A stretch of DNA of 64,000 bases from Candidatus Daviesbacteria bacterium. Lineage in GTDB: Bacteria > Patescibacteriota > Microgenomatia > Daviesbacterales > UBA10151. Below the pieces are notes generated by a model, which saw nothing but the letters and a program-made list of their open reading frames with translations, ran no database searches and was not told where the DNA came from. This document shows positions 8,856-20,125 of the stretch, piece by piece. The translations under genes and the position numbers were made by a program. Where the stretch lies: the NCBI GenBank assembly GCA_028712705.1, contig JAQTPP010000001.1:17521-81520 (forward strand), read 5' to 3'. Within the stretch, counting starts at the first letter, position 1; each line of letters starts with the position of its first letter.

Positions 8856-9239
8856 ATGAAATATCTTGGAATAGATTTTGGAATGAAAAGAATAGGATTG
8901 GCAATTTCAGAAGGAGAGCTTGCTTCTCCGTGGCAGATTTTAGAAGTTAAAGGTTTCTCCGAGACGATAGAAAAAATTTCACAAATTATTAAAAATGGAC
9001 AATTTCAAAAAGTAATTGTAGGATTACCTGAGGGGAAAATGGGGCAAAACGTGAGAGGCTTTGTTAAGGCTTTAAACAAAATGGGGATTGGGATAGAAAC
9101 TATGGATGAAACGCTATCCAGCAAAAAGGCTTTACAGGCAATGATTGAGCAAGGCATTGGTGTAAAAAAGCGCCGAAACGAGGATGCCTATTCCGCCGCA
9201 GAAATTTTGCAGAATTTTTTAGATAAAGCAAAAATATGA
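8856..9239 (+). CDS. ruvX: Putative pre-16S rRNA nuclease / Holliday junction resolvase-like YqgF
   Basis: 'MKYLGIDFGMKRIGLAISEGELASP' canonical YqgF/RuvX N-terminus. Confidence 0.8.
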   Translation: MKYLGIDFGMKRIGLAISEGELASPWQILEVKGFSETIEKISQIIKNGQFQKVIVGLPEGKMGQNVRGFVKALNKMGIGIETMDETLSSKKALQAMIEQGIGVKKRRNEDAYSAAEILQNFLDKAKI

Positions 9240-10192
9240 GGAAATTAATTAGCTTAGCACTAATTTTATTAGTAGTATTTTTTTTGGCAAAAGGTTGGTG
9301 GGATAGCCAGTTGTCTCCGGTTTCTTCTGATAAATCCACTAAAGTTTTTGTTATAGCTAAAGGAGCTGGCGTATCGGATATTGCAAAAAAGTTAAAAGAA
9401 GAAAATCTGATTAAATCCGAACTGGTTTTTAAGATTTATATCAAACAAAACAACTTTACTAATAAACTTCAAGCAGGTTCATATAAACTCTCTCCCTCAA
9501 TGCCCGTACAAGAATTAGTGAAAAATTTACAAATCGGTAGTGAAGATGTCTGGGTTACGCTGATAGAAGGTTGGCGACTTGAGGAAATGGCAGATAAGCT
9601 GAATGAACAGTTAAAGATTGATAAGAAGCAGTTTCTAAAGAGCGCAAAAGAGGGTTATATGTTTCCTGATACATATCTTTTCCCTAAAGAAGCAACAGCA
9701 GAATATATAGTTGATTCTTTGAGAAAAACTTTTGACACGCGTTTAAACTCGGAACTGCGGTCTAAAATCCGTTCTCAGGGATTAACAGAGCAGCAGGGAG
9801 TGATTTTGGCGTCAATAGTTGAAAGAGAAGCCAGATCTGATAAAGCAAGAACAGAAGTTGCCAGTATTTTACTAAAAAGATTTAAGATCGGCATGGGGTT
9901 AAATGCTGATGCTACAGTCCAATATGCACTGGGATATCAAAAGGAGGAAAAGAGCTGGTGGAAAAGAAATTTAACTAAAGACGATCTGAAAGTGAATTCT
10001 TTGTATAATACTTATTTGCATTCTGGTTTACCGCCAACCCCAATCTGCAATCCTGGCTTGGTTTCACTTGAGGCAGTGGCCAATGCTGATTCAGGAACTC
10101 CTTATCTTTATTATTACCATGATTCAAAAGGAGTTTCCCATTATGCTAAAACTTTGGAAGAGCATAATCAAAATGTGGCAAATTACCCATAA
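9236..10192 (+). CDS. mltG: Endolytic murein transglycosylase MltG (YceG-like)
   Basis: N-terminal TM; YceG motifs 'TLIEGWRLEEMADKL', 'ASIVEREA'; alaS...ruvX-mltG synteny as in Firmicutes. Confidence 0.75.
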   Translation: MRKLISLALILLVVFFLAKGWWDSQLSPVSSDKSTKVFVIAKGAGVSDIAKKLKEENLIKSELVFKIYIKQNNFTNKLQAGSYKLSPSMPVQELVKNLQIGSEDVWVTLIEGWRLEEMADKLNEQLKIDKKQFLKSAKEGYMFPDTYLFPKEATAEYIVDSLRKTFDTRLNSELRSKIRSQGLTEQQGVILASIVEREARSDKARTEVASILLKRFKIGMGLNADATVQYALGYQKEEKSWWKRNLTKDDLKVNSLYNTYLHSGLPPTPICNPGLVSLEAVANADSGTPYLYYYHDSKGVSHYAKTLEEHNQNVANYP

Positions 10193-10202
10193 TTCCCTTC
10201 CT

Positions 10203-10256
10203 GTCATTCTGAGCGATTAGCGAAGAATCTAAAGAGCGACTAGCTCGCAAGCTTGC
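10203..10256. repeat. Family-2 intergenic repeat copy
   Basis: 'GTCATTCTGAGCGATTAGCGAAGAATCTAA' near-identical to 3061 copy; shares GAAGAATCTAA with 24061 copy. Confidence 0.5.
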
Positions 10257-10669
10257 TTATTATTTTGTTATACTCAGCAATAATTATGTATAAATTTTGG
10301 GGGAAGGTAAGAAGACACAACCAAAGAGGGAAAAAATTAGGTTTTCCTACAGCAAACATTAGTCTTACAAAAAATACCCCTGAAGGAGTTTATATTTCCA
10401 AAACCAAACTGGGAAATACTTTTTATCCATCCCTTACTTTTATAGGCAGAGCCAAAACTTTTAATGAGAAAAAATTCCATGCCGAAACCTATATTTTAGA
10501 TTTTCAGCAAAATATTTATGGCCAATGGATTTCTGTAAAGTTATTAAAAAAAATCAGGGACAATAAAAAATTCAATTCTGCTGAAGAACTAGTTGCTCAA
10601 ATGAAAAAAGACAAACAGGAAGCCAGAAAATATTTTGAGCAATATTTAGCAATATCTGGCAATATTTAG
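10253..10669 (+). CDS. Monofunctional riboflavin kinase (RibF C-terminal-domain type; start possibly at Met 10286)
   Basis: 'GKVRRHNQRGKKLGFPTANI' and 'YPSLTFIGRAKTF...HAETYILDF' flavokinase motifs; no FAD-synthetase domain. Confidence 0.6.
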   Translation: MLIILLYSAIIMYKFWGKVRRHNQRGKKLGFPTANISLTKNTPEGVYISKTKLGNTFYPSLTFIGRAKTFNEKKFHAETYILDFQQNIYGQWISVKLLKKIRDNKKFNSAEELVAQMKKDKQEARKYFEQYLAISGNI

Positions 10670-10710
10670 CAATGTCTGGTAAAGTAACTCAAGTTAAAGC
10701 AACTTAAGTT

Positions 10711-11697
10711 ATGGTTATTCCCCCAAAATATAAAATTACTCCACAAATACTGGAACTGGTTTCTAAAATTGATGCTAATTTAATTTATCTTTCCTCAATC
10801 AACCTGCCTGAAGACTTGAACAATAAAATCCAAAGAGTAAGTTTACTTAAAAGCTCACTTTATTCTGCCAGGATTGAAGGTAACCCGCTACTGCTTGAAC
10901 AAATTAACTCCCAAGATGATAAAAATAATGAAAAAAAAGAGGTTTTTAATCTTTTAAAAGCAGCGGAATTCATCAGGAGGAATATTAAGTCTTCAAGTTC
11001 GATCTCCTCAAAAATATTATTTGTTATCCATTCAATGATTATGACCGGATTGCCAGACCAAACTGAAAATTTCAGGCAGGAACCCGGAGCAATTTTTAAT
11101 GCTGCAGGTTTTGCCGTATACATTACGCCTGCTCCGGCTAAAATCCCCCAACTTATCAAAAAGCTATTGAATTACTGTAACGCCGCAGAGGAAAAATTTC
11201 CTCTGGTTAATGCCTTTATCGCTCATTTAATATTTGAGAAGATCCATCCGTTTTTAGATGGCAATGGAAGGGTAGGCAGATTATTGATTTATGCTATTTT
11301 AAAATCCAAACAAAAGATCGATTCCTTATTCATTCCTTTTGAGGAATATTTAGATAAACACAAAGAAGAATATTATTTTTGTTTGGATAATGGTTTGGAT
11401 AAACCCAATGATTATTTAATTTTTATGCTCGAAGCATATTATGCACAAACAAATGAAGTAAAACTGAGGATGGAAGATGAGCTGAAAAAAGATAAAACAA
11501 TGCTTCTTACTCCGCGCCAGGAAGAGATTTTTTATACTATAAAAGATCAGAGTATTGTTTCTTTTGATTTTATTAAAAGAAGATTTTTGAAAGTACCGTC
11601 AAGGACATTAAGTTATGATCTTAAAAAATTAATCAATAAAAAATTAGTAATTAAAATAGGTGAAACAAAAGGAACTTATTACAAAATTGCCTCATAA
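10711..11697 (+). CDS. Fic family protein (AMPylator-like), class II with N-terminal inhibitory motif
   Basis: Fic motif 'HPFLDGNGRVGRLL'; inhibitory-helix-like 'SARIEGN'; C-terminal winged-helix. Confidence 0.75.
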   Translation: MVIPPKYKITPQILELVSKIDANLIYLSSINLPEDLNNKIQRVSLLKSSLYSARIEGNPLLLEQINSQDDKNNEKKEVFNLLKAAEFIRRNIKSSSSISSKILFVIHSMIMTGLPDQTENFRQEPGAIFNAAGFAVYITPAPAKIPQLIKKLLNYCNAAEEKFPLVNAFIAHLIFEKIHPFLDGNGRVGRLLIYAILKSKQKIDSLFIPFEEYLDKHKEEYYFCLDNGLDKPNDYLIFMLEAYYAQTNEVKLRMEDELKKDKTMLLTPRQEEIFYTIKDQSIVSFDFIKRRFLKVPSRTLSYDLKKLINKKLVIKIGETKGTYYKIAS

Positions 11698-11708
11698 ACT
11701 TTTGCCTC

Positions 11709-11736
11709 TTGACGAATGGGTTCTCTTATGTTAAAT
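11709..11736 (+). promoter_or_regulatory. Candidate promoter upstream of rpoB (TTGACG-16-TTAAAT)
   Basis: hexamers and spacing seen in sequence. Confidence 0.25.
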
Positions 11737-11841
11737 TGAGTTCAATTAAATAGAAAAAATGAAGGCGTACGGGTACGTATGCTTCTTTTTGTTGATTCTG
11801 CCCAATTACGATCAACAAGATCAAAAATAGGCCATCTACTA

Positions 11842-14800
11842 ATGTCATTAAACTTATCTAATACTAAAATTTACGAGCGTAAATATTTTAGCAAAGCACC
11901 TTCTATAGTGCCTGAACTTAATTTAATCCAAATTCAGCTAGATTCATATCACTGGTTTATGCAAACAGGAATCAGGGAGGTTCTTAAAGAGATCTCCCCT
12001 GTCGAAGATTTCACAGGCAAAAATTGGACCCTAGAACTAGGGTCTTTTTATTTCGGTAAACCCAAATATACTTCCGAAGAAGCTTCTCTAAAAGGTGTAA
12101 CTTATGACGCGCCTCTTAAAATAGAGGCCATTTTAATTAATAAACAAACCGGGCAGAGATATAAACAGGAGGTTTTTCTGGGAGATGTCCCCCAAATGAC
12201 AGAGAAGGGTACCTTTATCATTAATGGGGTAGAGAGAGTTATTATTAACCAATTGGTTCGTTCGCCGGGAGTATTCTTTCAAGCATCTGACGACCCAATT
12301 ACCGGAAAAAGATTATTCTCGGCAGAAATACGCCCATATCGGGGTTCATGGCTTGAATTTTCAATAACAAGGGGTGGAGTTTTGACTGCAAAAATAGACA
12401 GGAGAAGGAAATTTGCCGCGACGACCCTGCTTCGTGCGTTGGGATTTTCCGATAATGAATCAATTATCGCACAATTTACCGATGTTGATACCGGGGAGGA
12501 TAAATTCATTGATACAACACTTGCAAAAGATCCGACTGCCAATACTGAAGAAGCTTTACTTGAGATTTTCCGAAAAATGCGCCCGGGTGATCCGGTTGTT
12601 TTGGATAATGCAAAAGCGTTGTTGGACGGGATGTTTTTTAATGCCAGACGTTACAACTTAATTAAAGTGGGTAGATACAAAATTAACAAAAGATTAAATT
12701 TAAATTTACCAAACGCGCCGGAGAATTGGGTTTTAACCAAGGAAGATATAATTGCCACCTTAAAATATCTAATAAAATTAAATTATGGTGAGGGTAAATT
12801 GGATGATATTGACCACCTTGCCAACAGACGCGTCAGGTGCGCCGGAGAATTGGTTCAGCAAAACGCTTTTAGGATTGGAGTGCTCCGGCTTGAACGGATT
12901 ATAAAAGAAAGAATGAGTCTGACTGCTGCTGATCAGGAGGTTTCACCCGGTAGTTTAATTAATGCCAAACCGGTAATTTCCGCAATTAATGAATTTTTCC
13001 GTTCTTCGCAACTTTCATCTATTCTGGATCAAGTGAATCCTTTATCAGAACTGGATCATTTGAGAAGACTTTCTGTCATGGGGTCAGGAGGCATCACAAG
13101 AGATAGAGCTTCTTTTTCTGTCCGCGATATTAATCATTCCCAATACGGGAGAATTGATCCGATCAGGTCTCCTGAAGGTCAAAATATTGGTTTGGTCACA
13201 TATCTGGCGCTTTATGCCCGTATCAATGAATACGGATTTTTGGAAACTCCTTACAGAAAGGTAGTCATGCAGAAAGGTAAACCTAAGGTAACGAATGAGA
13301 TTATCTACTTCACTGCAGACGATGAAGAAAGTTATCATATTACCGAGGCGACGGTAAATTTAGATGAAAATGGTTATATCCTGGATGAACGGGTACCAAC
13401 CCGTTTCCAGGGGAGTTTTTATGAAGGGTTTGCCAAAGATATTTCATTCATTGATATTTCTCCGCAACAGATTTTCGGAACAAGCGCATCATTAATTCCA
13501 TTTTTGGCGAATGATGATGCAAATCGTGCTTTGATGGGTACTCAAATGCAATGTCAGGCTGTTCCACTGCTTCGTCCATCAGCACCCATTGTTGGTACAG
13601 GTATGGAGAGGATTGTTGCTGACAATATGGGTAGGGTTATCAGAGCTCCCGAGGACGGTGTTATCAAATATGTAGACGGCAAAAAACTTATATTAAAGAC
13701 CAAAAAGCAAGAAATCAGCTTCGAAATCAAAAAATTTGTACACTCGCCCCAAGGTACTTGTTACTCTCAGCGGCCTGTTGTTAATGTCGGCAATAAGGTT
13801 GCCAAAGGCGATCTTTTAATTGATGGGGCAGCGTGCGAGAATGGCGAACTTGCGCTGGGCCAGAATTTGTTAATCGCCTATATGAGTTTCGAAGGTTTAG
13901 GTTATGAAGACGCTATTGTTATTTCAGATCGATTGGTAAAAGAAGATACATTAACTTCAATTCATATTGAAGAATACGAAGTTGATGTTGTTGAGACCAA
14001 ATTAGGACCGGAAGAGTTGACAAATGATATTCCAAATGTATCTGAGGAAGCGCTGATAAACCTGGATGAAAAAGGAATTGTCAGGATCGGCGCAGAAGTA
14101 GGACCAAACGATATTATTATAGGTAAAGTTCAGCCTAAGGGTGAGACTGAACTTACTGCTGAAGAAAGATTACTGCGGGCTATTTTTGGGGAAAAAGCAA
14201 AAGAAGTCAGGGATACCAGTTTGCGGATTCCGCACGGAGAGCGAGGTACTGTTATTGGAGTACAAATTTTATCCCGAGACGAGGGTGACGAGTTGGATAC
14301 AGGGACTCTGATGAGAATTAAAGTTAAAGTTGCCCAACTACGGAAAGTAACTGCCGGGGATAAATTGGCAGGCCGTCACGGAAATAAAGGAGTAATCTCA
14401 AAGATTGTTCCTGTTGCCGATATGCCCCATCTTGCAGATGGTACAGCCATAGATATTATTATTTCTCCTTTGTCGGTTTTGTCCCGTATGAATCTTGGAC
14501 AACTGTTGGAGACTCACTGGGGTTTTGCAGCGCAAAAATTAGGTCATAAAATAGCCGCACCTGTTTTTGAAAAAATTCCTGAAGAAAAATTAATAGAAGC
14601 ACTGCAAAAAGCCGGATACCCGACTGATGGTAAAGTACAGCTTTTTGACGGTAGGACAGGCGAACCTTTTGGCAACAAAATTGTGGTAGGTAGAAATTAT
14701 ATCCTCAAACTGATTCATATGGTTGAGGAAAAGATTCATGCTCGTTCCACAGGTCCGTACTCCTTAGTTACACAGCAGCCTTTGGGTGGAAAGGCTCAAA

Positions 14801-15216
14801 TGGGGGGCCAGCGGTTGGGAGAGATGGAAGTTTGGGCTTTGGAAGCATATGGAGCGGCCAATATTCTGCAGGAAATGTTGACTATCAAATCTGATGACGT
14901 TGTTGGAAGAGCTAAGGCTTTTGAAGCAATTGTTAAGGGAATTGATATACCGCAGGCTTTAATCCCTGAATCTTTCAAGGTATTGGTAAAAGAGCTCCAA
15001 GCCCTAGGTTTATCTGTTGAAACGCTTGGAGCAAAAATAGTCCAGGCGGAGGAGTTGGAAGAAAAACCGGAAGTAGTGGAGGAAGTAGCCGAGCTTCAGG
15101 AAGCGCTCGGAATGCAGCCAACTGCCACCCAGGGGGAACTTGAGGCAGAGGGAAGCCCTTTTGAAGTTGTGGATGCAAGTTCTGAAGTTGAAAAAGAAAA
15201 GGAGAAAATAGAATAA
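11842..15216 (+). CDS. rpoB: DNA-directed RNA polymerase subunit beta (start taken at 'MSLNLSNTK'); acidic C-terminal tail
   Basis: full-length RpoB homology incl. 'GDKLAGRHGNKGV' and 'NLGQLLETHWG'. Confidence 0.95.
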   Translation: MSLNLSNTKIYERKYFSKAPSIVPELNLIQIQLDSYHWFMQTGIREVLKEISPVEDFTGKNWTLELGSFYFGKPKYTSEEASLKGVTYDAPLKIEAILINKQTGQRYKQEVFLGDVPQMTEKGTFIINGVERVIINQLVRSPGVFFQASDDPITGKRLFSAEIRPYRGSWLEFSITRGGVLTAKIDRRRKFAATTLLRALGFSDNESIIAQFTDVDTGEDKFIDTTLAKDPTANTEEALLEIFRKMRPGDPVVLDNAKALLDGMFFNARRYNLIKVGRYKINKRLNLNLPNAPENWVLTKEDIIATLKYLIKLNYGEGKLDDIDHLANRRVRCAGELVQQNAFRIGVLRLERIIKERMSLTAADQEVSPGSLINAKPVISAINEFFRSSQLSSILDQVNPLSELDHLRRLSVMGSGGITRDRASFSVRDINHSQYGRIDPIRSPEGQNIGLVTYLALYARINEYGFLETPYRKVVMQKGKPKVTNEIIYFTADDEESYHITEATVNLDENGYILDERVPTRFQGSFYEGFAKDISFIDISPQQIFGTSASLIPFLANDDANRALMGTQMQCQAVPLLRPSAPIVGTGMERIVADNMGRVIRAPEDGVIKYVDGKKLILKTKKQEISFEIKKFVHSPQGTCYSQRPVVNVGNKVAKGDLLIDGAACENGELALGQNLLIAYMSFEGLGYEDAIVISDRLVKEDTLTSIHIEEYEVDVVETKLGPEELTNDIPNVSEEALINLDEKGIVRIGAEVGPNDIIIGKVQPKGETELTAEERLLRAIFGEKAKEVRDTSLRIPHGERGTVIGVQILSRDEGDELDTGTLMRIKVKVAQLRKVTAGDKLAGRHGNKGVISKIVPVADMPHLADGTAIDIIISPLSVLSRMNLGQLLETHWGFAAQKLGHKIAAPVFEKIPEEKLIEALQKAGYPTDGKVQLFDGRTGEPFGNKIVVGRNYILKLIHMVEEKIHARSTGPYSLVTQQPLGGKAQMGGQRLGEMEVWALEAYGAANILQEMLTIKSDDVVGRAKAFEAIVKGIDIPQALIPESFKVLVKELQALGLSVETLGAKIVQAEELEEKPEVVEEVAELQEALGMQPTATQGELEAEGSPFEVVDASSEVEKEKEKIE

Positions 15217-15220
15217 ATAT

Positions 15221-18200
15221 ATGAATGATCTTTTAGATTTTGAAAGCTTAAGGTTAACAGTTGCTTCTCCTGAACAAATCCGCAGTTGGTCTTTTGGCGA
15301 GGTCACAAAGCCGGAGACCATTAATTATAGAACCTTAAAAGCAGAGAAAGATGGTTTGTTTTCCGAGAATATATTTGGTCCGACCAAAGATTATGAATGT
15401 TACTGCGGTAAATACAAAAGAATTAGGTTTAGAGGCGTAATTTGTGATAAATGTGGAGTTGAGGTAACACAGAGCAAAGTAAGACGGGAAAGAATGGGTC
15501 ATATCAATCTTGCCTCGCCTGTTGCCCATTCCTGGTTTGTTAAAGGAGCGCCCTCAAAACTGTCGCTAATTTTGGATATTTCGCCTAAAAATTTAGAAGC
15601 AGTTATATATTTTGCCTCTTATTTAGTAATAAATATTGATCCTGTTGGTAAAGCAGCAGCATTGGAGAAACTAGATAAGGATTTGCTGGCAAAAATTGCC
15701 GAAGTAGAAGAAAAATTGGAAGCTAGCATTAAAGATGCTGAAAACTCTTTGAAAAAAACCGTTGCCGATCTAAAGAAAAAGTTAGAGAAAGAAAAATTTG
15801 AGTTGGAAAGAGAAGAGCTGGAGTTGAAAAGCCGCGCAGAGATTCAAAAATTAAGAGATAATTTGGTAGTAGAAACCGGACAGCTGGAAGGAATCTTCAA
15901 GGCAGTATCTGATTTGGTGAAAAGTGTTGCCTCCTTAAAACTACTATCGGAGGAAGAGTATTTTAAACTTTCCGAATATGGGGTCTCGGATTTTGTTGAG
16001 GTCGGAATGGGAGCAGAAGCATTTTTGGAAGTTTTGGAAAAATTAGATTTGGATAAAACTTCTTCGCATCTGCGTGAAGAAGTTAGAAAATCTACCGGAC
16101 AAAAACATATAAAGGCTACCAAAAGACTTCGCATAATTGAAGGTATGCGATCATCCGGCATTTCCCCTGCGTGGTTGATTATGAGAGTACTGCCGGTTTT
16201 ACCTCCGGATCTCCGTCCCATGGTACAACTTCCCGGCGGGAGATTCGCAACGTCCGATTTAAACGATTTGTATAGAAGAGTCATAAACAGAAATAATCGA
16301 TTAAACAGGTTGATTAATCTTGGCGCTCCGGAAATAATCTTGCGGAATGAAAAAAGAATGCTTCAGGAAGCTGTAGACAGTCTGATTGATGCGACATCCC
16401 GTACTTCAAGACGGGGAGGTCCTGCCACCACTCATGTGCTCCGTTCACTTTCAGACATGTTGCGGGGTAAACAGGGAAGATTTAGACAGAATTTACTCGG
16501 TAAAAGAGTTGATTATTCGGGAAGATCGGTTATTGTTGTTGGGCCAAAACTTAAATTGGATCAAGTTGGTTTGCCAAAAGAAATGGCTTTGGAGATGTTT
16601 AAACCTTTTGTTTTGCGTGAGATGATAGCCCGCGGTTTAGCCTCTAATGTTAAGGGTGCAAAAAATGTTTTAGAACTCAGACCTAGCGAGGTTTGGGATA
16701 TTTTGGAGGAGATTATCACCGGGCACCCTATTTTAATCAACAGAGCTCCTACCTTACACAGATTAGGTATACAAGCTTTTTACCCGGTATTGGTAGATGG
16801 TAATGCAATTGCTATTCACCCTTGTATCTGCGCAGGATTTAATGCTGATTTTGATGGTGACCAAATGGCAGTTCATGTACCTTTGTCATCTAAAGCTCAA
16901 GAGGAAGCTCGGAGATTAATGATGGCTAAGGAGAATATTTTCGGTCCGGCTAATGCCCAGCCAATCACGGTTCCGAATCGGGAAATGGCTTTAGGGTGTT
17001 ACTATTTGACTTTTATCGATGAGACTGAAAGTTCGAAAGATTTGCAATTTTTTGCACTTGCGGAAGATGCCGTCAGGGCTTTTACTTTGGGAAAGATCGG
17101 TGTTCAACAAAAGATTCAGATAAGAGTAAGCAACGAAATTATTGAGACATCGGTTGGTAGGATTTTATTTAACCAGGTGTTGCCTCCTCAAATGAGATTC
17201 CTGAACTCTGTTATCAAAGGATTTACGATCCGTGACATTATCCTCAAAGCTATGGAAATTTTAGGTAAAGATGAAACAACTAAGCTGATTGATAATATCA
17301 AAGATATTGGTTTTTGGGGAGTGACAATTGCAGGCATTTCAATATCAATATTTGATGCAAAGATTGTTCCTGACAAGAATAAATATTTAGAGAGGGCAAT
17401 CAAAGAGATCGAAACAATTGAAGCGAATACTGCTAAAGGTTTAATTACTCCGCAAGAAAAATCACAGCTTTCTCAAATGGTTTGGATTAAAACAACAGAA
17501 GAATTGGCCAATGCTACATGGGAACATTTGGGTTTTAAAAATCCTATCAGAATGATGGTTGAAGCAGGAGCCAGAGGGTCCAGAGATCAGGCAAAACAAT
17601 TGTCCGCCATGCGTGGTCTCTCAACCGATCCAACCGGTAAAATTGTTGAATTACCTACCAAATCAAACTACAGGCAAGGTTTATCGGTATTTGAATACTT
17701 TACATCAGCTCGGGGAGCAAGAAAAGGTGTGGCAGATAAAGCACTAAAGACTGCAGATGCAGGATACTTAACCAGGAGACTAGTAGATGTTGCTCACGAT
17801 GTCATTATCAGGATGGAAGATTGCGGAACATCCAGTGCGCTTGAATATGATCTAACCAAGAATAGCTTTAATATAGCAAGAGAAAAATTGCTTGGAAGAT
17901 TAATCTCAGAAAATGTTTTGGAACCGAAAACCAGGAAAGTAATTATCAAAAAAGGTACAATATTGACTGAAGATATAATTTCAAAAATACTGAAAGCAGG
18001 AGTTGTAAAAGTATCGGCCCGGTCTCCCTTAACTTGCGAGGCCCGTGTCGGAATTTGTAGCGCTTGTTATGGATTTGATTTAACTACCAGAGAGTTGGTT
18101 AAAATTGGTACTCCTGTTGGTGTGGTGGCAGCTCAGGCAATCGGCGAGCCCGGAACACAGCTGACAATGCGTACTTTTCACACCGGAGGAATTGTCGGTT

Positions 18201-18916
18201 TGGATATTACTCAAGGTTTGCCAAGAGTTGAGGAGTTGTTTGAAGCTAGAACTCCAAAAGTTGTGGCGCCAATTTCCGAGATTGCCGGAAAAGTTTTCGT
18301 TGTTGAAGCAGAGGATGCAGGTATAAGAGTTAGAGTGAGAACTACCCAAAAACCACACGAAGAAAGGGAATACATAATTCCTGCAACAGCCACGCTTTTA
18401 GTGACAGAGGGACAACTGATTGATGCAGGTACAACTCTTGCCTCTGGTCATGTAGATGTAAAAGAAACTTTGCGGATTCAAGGATTGCGGGCTGCGCAGC
18501 GCTATATTGCTGATCAGGTTCGATCAGTTTATGAATCTCAAGGAGTGCCTATTAATGAAAAGCATTTCGAAGTTATTGTGCGGAAAATGTCAGATAAAGT
18601 TAGAGTTGAAACCCAGGGTGATACCAATCTTTTGCCCGGTGAAATTATTGATAAACTTCGTTTTGAAGAAGAGAATAAGCGTGTTTTGGCCGGCGGCGGC
18701 GAACCGGCAACGGCAGAAGTTGTGATTTTAGGAATTACCAGAGCATCTTTACAAACAGAAAGCTTCTTGTCTGCTGCTTCTTTCCAGGAAACTACTTCAA
18801 TACTTTCAGATGCAGCTATCTCTGGTAAAGAAGACAAGCTGGTAGGTCTAAAGGAAAATGTTATAATTGGCAGGCTCATTCCTACAAGTATAGAGAGAGC
18901 AAGGATAGAAAGTTAA
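15221..18916 (+). CDS. rpoC: DNA-directed RNA polymerase subunit beta' (with ~110-aa coiled-coil lineage insertion after the zinc-binding region)
   Basis: '[23 protein letters not shown]' zinc finger; '[12 protein letters not shown]' catalytic motif; K/E-rich coiled-coil insertion aa ~140-250. Confidence 0.95.
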   Translation: MNDLLDFESLRLTVASPEQIRSWSFGEVTKPETINYRTLKAEKDGLFSENIFGPTKDYECYCGKYKRIRFRGVICDKCGVEVTQSKVRRERMGHINLASPVAHSWFVKGAPSKLSLILDISPKNLEAVIYFASYLVINIDPVGKAAALEKLDKDLLAKIAEVEEKLEASIKDAENSLKKTVADLKKKLEKEKFELEREELELKSRAEIQKLRDNLVVETGQLEGIFKAVSDLVKSVASLKLLSEEEYFKLSEYGVSDFVEVGMGAEAFLEVLEKLDLDKTSSHLREEVRKSTGQKHIKATKRLRIIEGMRSSGISPAWLIMRVLPVLPPDLRPMVQLPGGRFATSDLNDLYRRVINRNNRLNRLINLGAPEIILRNEKRMLQEAVDSLIDATSRTSRRGGPATTHVLRSLSDMLRGKQGRFRQNLLGKRVDYSGRSVIVVGPKLKLDQVGLPKEMALEMFKPFVLREMIARGLASNVKGAKNVLELRPSEVWDILEEIITGHPILINRAPTLHRLGIQAFYPVLVDGNAIAIHPCICAGFNADFDGDQMAVHVPLSSKAQEEARRLMMAKENIFGPANAQPITVPNREMALGCYYLTFIDETESSKDLQFFALAEDAVRAFTLGKIGVQQKIQIRVSNEIIETSVGRILFNQVLPPQMRFLNSVIKGFTIRDIILKAMEILGKDETTKLIDNIKDIGFWGVTIAGISISIFDAKIVPDKNKYLERAIKEIETIEANTAKGLITPQEKSQLSQMVWIKTTEELANATWEHLGFKNPIRMMVEAGARGSRDQAKQLSAMRGLSTDPTGKIVELPTKSNYRQGLSVFEYFTSARGARKGVADKALKTADAGYLTRRLVDVAHDVIIRMEDCGTSSALEYDLTKNSFNIAREKLLGRLISENVLEPKTRKVIIKKGTILTEDIISKILKAGVVKVSARSPLTCEARVGICSACYGFDLTTRELVKIGTPVGVVAAQAIGEPGTQLTMRTFHTGGIVGLDITQGLPRVEELFEARTPKVVAPISEIAGKVFVVEAEDAGIRVRVRTTQKPHEEREYIIPATATLLVTEGQLIDAGTTLASGHVDVKETLRIQGLRAAQRYIADQVRSVYESQGVPINEKHFEVIVRKMSDKVRVETQGDTNLLPGEIIDKLRFEEENKRVLAGGGEPATAEVVILGITRASLQTESFLSAASFQETTSILSDAAISGKEDKLVGLKENVIIGRLIPTSIERARIES

Positions 18917-18918
18917 AA

Positions 18919-19401
18919 ATGCCAACTATTAATCAATTAGTTAGAAAAGGTAGAAAAAAGATCGTTAAAAAGATTAAAGCTACGGCTTTAAGACGTAGTT
19001 TTAATGCCAAAGACAGGAGATATACCCAAGATTTCAGCCCGCAAAAACGGGGAGTTGTTACTTTGGTTAAAACTATGACTCCAAAAAAACCAAACTCAGC
19101 ACTCAGAAAAGTGGCTAGAGTAAGACTTTCCAATAGAACTGAGGTGACGGCATATATTCAAGGTGAAGGTCACTCGTTAGCAGAACACGGAATTGTGTTA
19201 GTCCGGGGCGGCAGGGTGAAGGATTTGCCGGGAGTGAAATACCATTTAGTCAGAGGTAAGTTCGATTTGGCAGGGGTAGTAGGTAGAAAACAAGGTAGAT
19301 CAAGATACGGCACAAAAAGCGGAGGAGGCGGGCCGGTGCCCAGAGCGGCTGCTGCAGCAGTACCTGTATCTGAGCCGGTTTCAACTACAGGAACAGTATG
19401 A
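18919..19401 (+). CDS. rpsL: 30S ribosomal protein S12 with ~28-aa G/A/P-rich C-terminal extension
   Basis: '[14 protein letters not shown]' S12 N-terminus; ATGA overlap with rpsG. Confidence 0.9.
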   Translation: MPTINQLVRKGRKKIVKKIKATALRRSFNAKDRRYTQDFSPQKRGVVTLVKTMTPKKPNSALRKVARVRLSNRTEVTAYIQGEGHSLAEHGIVLVRGGRVKDLPGVKYHLVRGKFDLAGVVGRKQGRSRYGTKSGGGGPVPRAAAAAVPVSEPVSTTGTV

Positions 19402-19874
19402 GAAGTAAAAAAGCACCAAAAAAACTTTTACCACCGGATCCTATTTACGGGTCAAGACTTGTGGCTCGATTTATTAATAAATTAATGATCAGCGGTAAAA
19501 AAACCATTGCAGAAAAATTAGTTTATGAAGCTTTGGAGGCAATAAGAGAGCAAGTTAAAGAAGAACCGCTTTCTGTTTTCGAGAAAGCTATTTCTAATAT
19601 TGCTCCAAAGATGGAGGTTCGGCCTCGGCGAGTTGGTGGAGCTTCATACCAGGTGCCGGTTGAAGTCAGAGGCGACAGGAAAGAAGCTTTGGCAATCAGG
19701 TGGATTTTAACCGGAGCGAGATCCAGGTCTAATAAAGAGTTTCATTCTTTTGATAAAAAATTAGCAGCAGAACTTATTGATGCTGCAAATAATACCGGTG
19801 CGGCAATTAAGAAGAAAGATGATGTCCAAAAAGCCGCTGCAGCCAATCGTGCATTTAGTCACTTCCGTTGGTAA
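19398..19874 (+). CDS. rpsG: 30S ribosomal protein S7
   Basis: S7 homology throughout; str-operon position. Confidence 0.9.
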   Translation: MRSKKAPKKLLPPDPIYGSRLVARFINKLMISGKKTIAEKLVYEALEAIREQVKEEPLSVFEKAISNIAPKMEVRPRRVGGASYQVPVEVRGDRKEALAIRWILTGARSRSNKEFHSFDKKLAAELIDAANNTGAAIKKKDDVQKAAAANRAFSHFRW

Positions 19875-19898
19875 ATACTCATTGAAAAGTAAAGATGT

Positions 19899-20123
19899 AT
19901 GAATAAAAAAATAAGGGAACAAAAAATTAAAATATGGAAGGATAATTTAGCTAAGTTGGAAGAAGAGCTAAGGGTGATTGCGGAGAAAAAGGGCGCAGCC
20001 GCTCAAGAAGGCGATTTGTCGGAAAATGCTGCTTATAATATAGCCACGGAGGATGCGGAAACAACCAGAGTTAGAATTGAGGAAGTGAAAAAGTTAATTA
20101 GAGATTTGGAAGGAGGTAAATAA
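19899..20123 (+). CDS. GreA/GreB N-terminal coiled-coil-domain-only protein (mini Gre-like factor)
   Basis: 74 aa; 'GDLSENAAY' matches Gre tip motif DLxENAEY with both acidic catalytic-tip residues; no FKBP-like C-terminal domain; sits between rpsG and fusA. Confidence 0.5.
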   Translation: MNKKIREQKIKIWKDNLAKLEEELRVIAEKKGAAAQEGDLSENAAYNIATEDAETTRVRIEEVKKLIRDLEGGK

Positions 20124-20125
20124 GC

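Noticed and set aside
8626-8859. 77-aa + strand ORF between sortase and ruvX
   Set aside because: Spans the family-1 repeat and a palindromic structured region; no SD, and peptide composition is driven by CCGCGG repeats.
12279-18879. Numerous 60-150-aa ORFs inside or antisense to rpoB/rpoC (e.g. 12279..12542, 15844..16284, 18538..18879)
   Set aside because: Embedded in highly conserved RNAP coding sequence; shadow ORFs.
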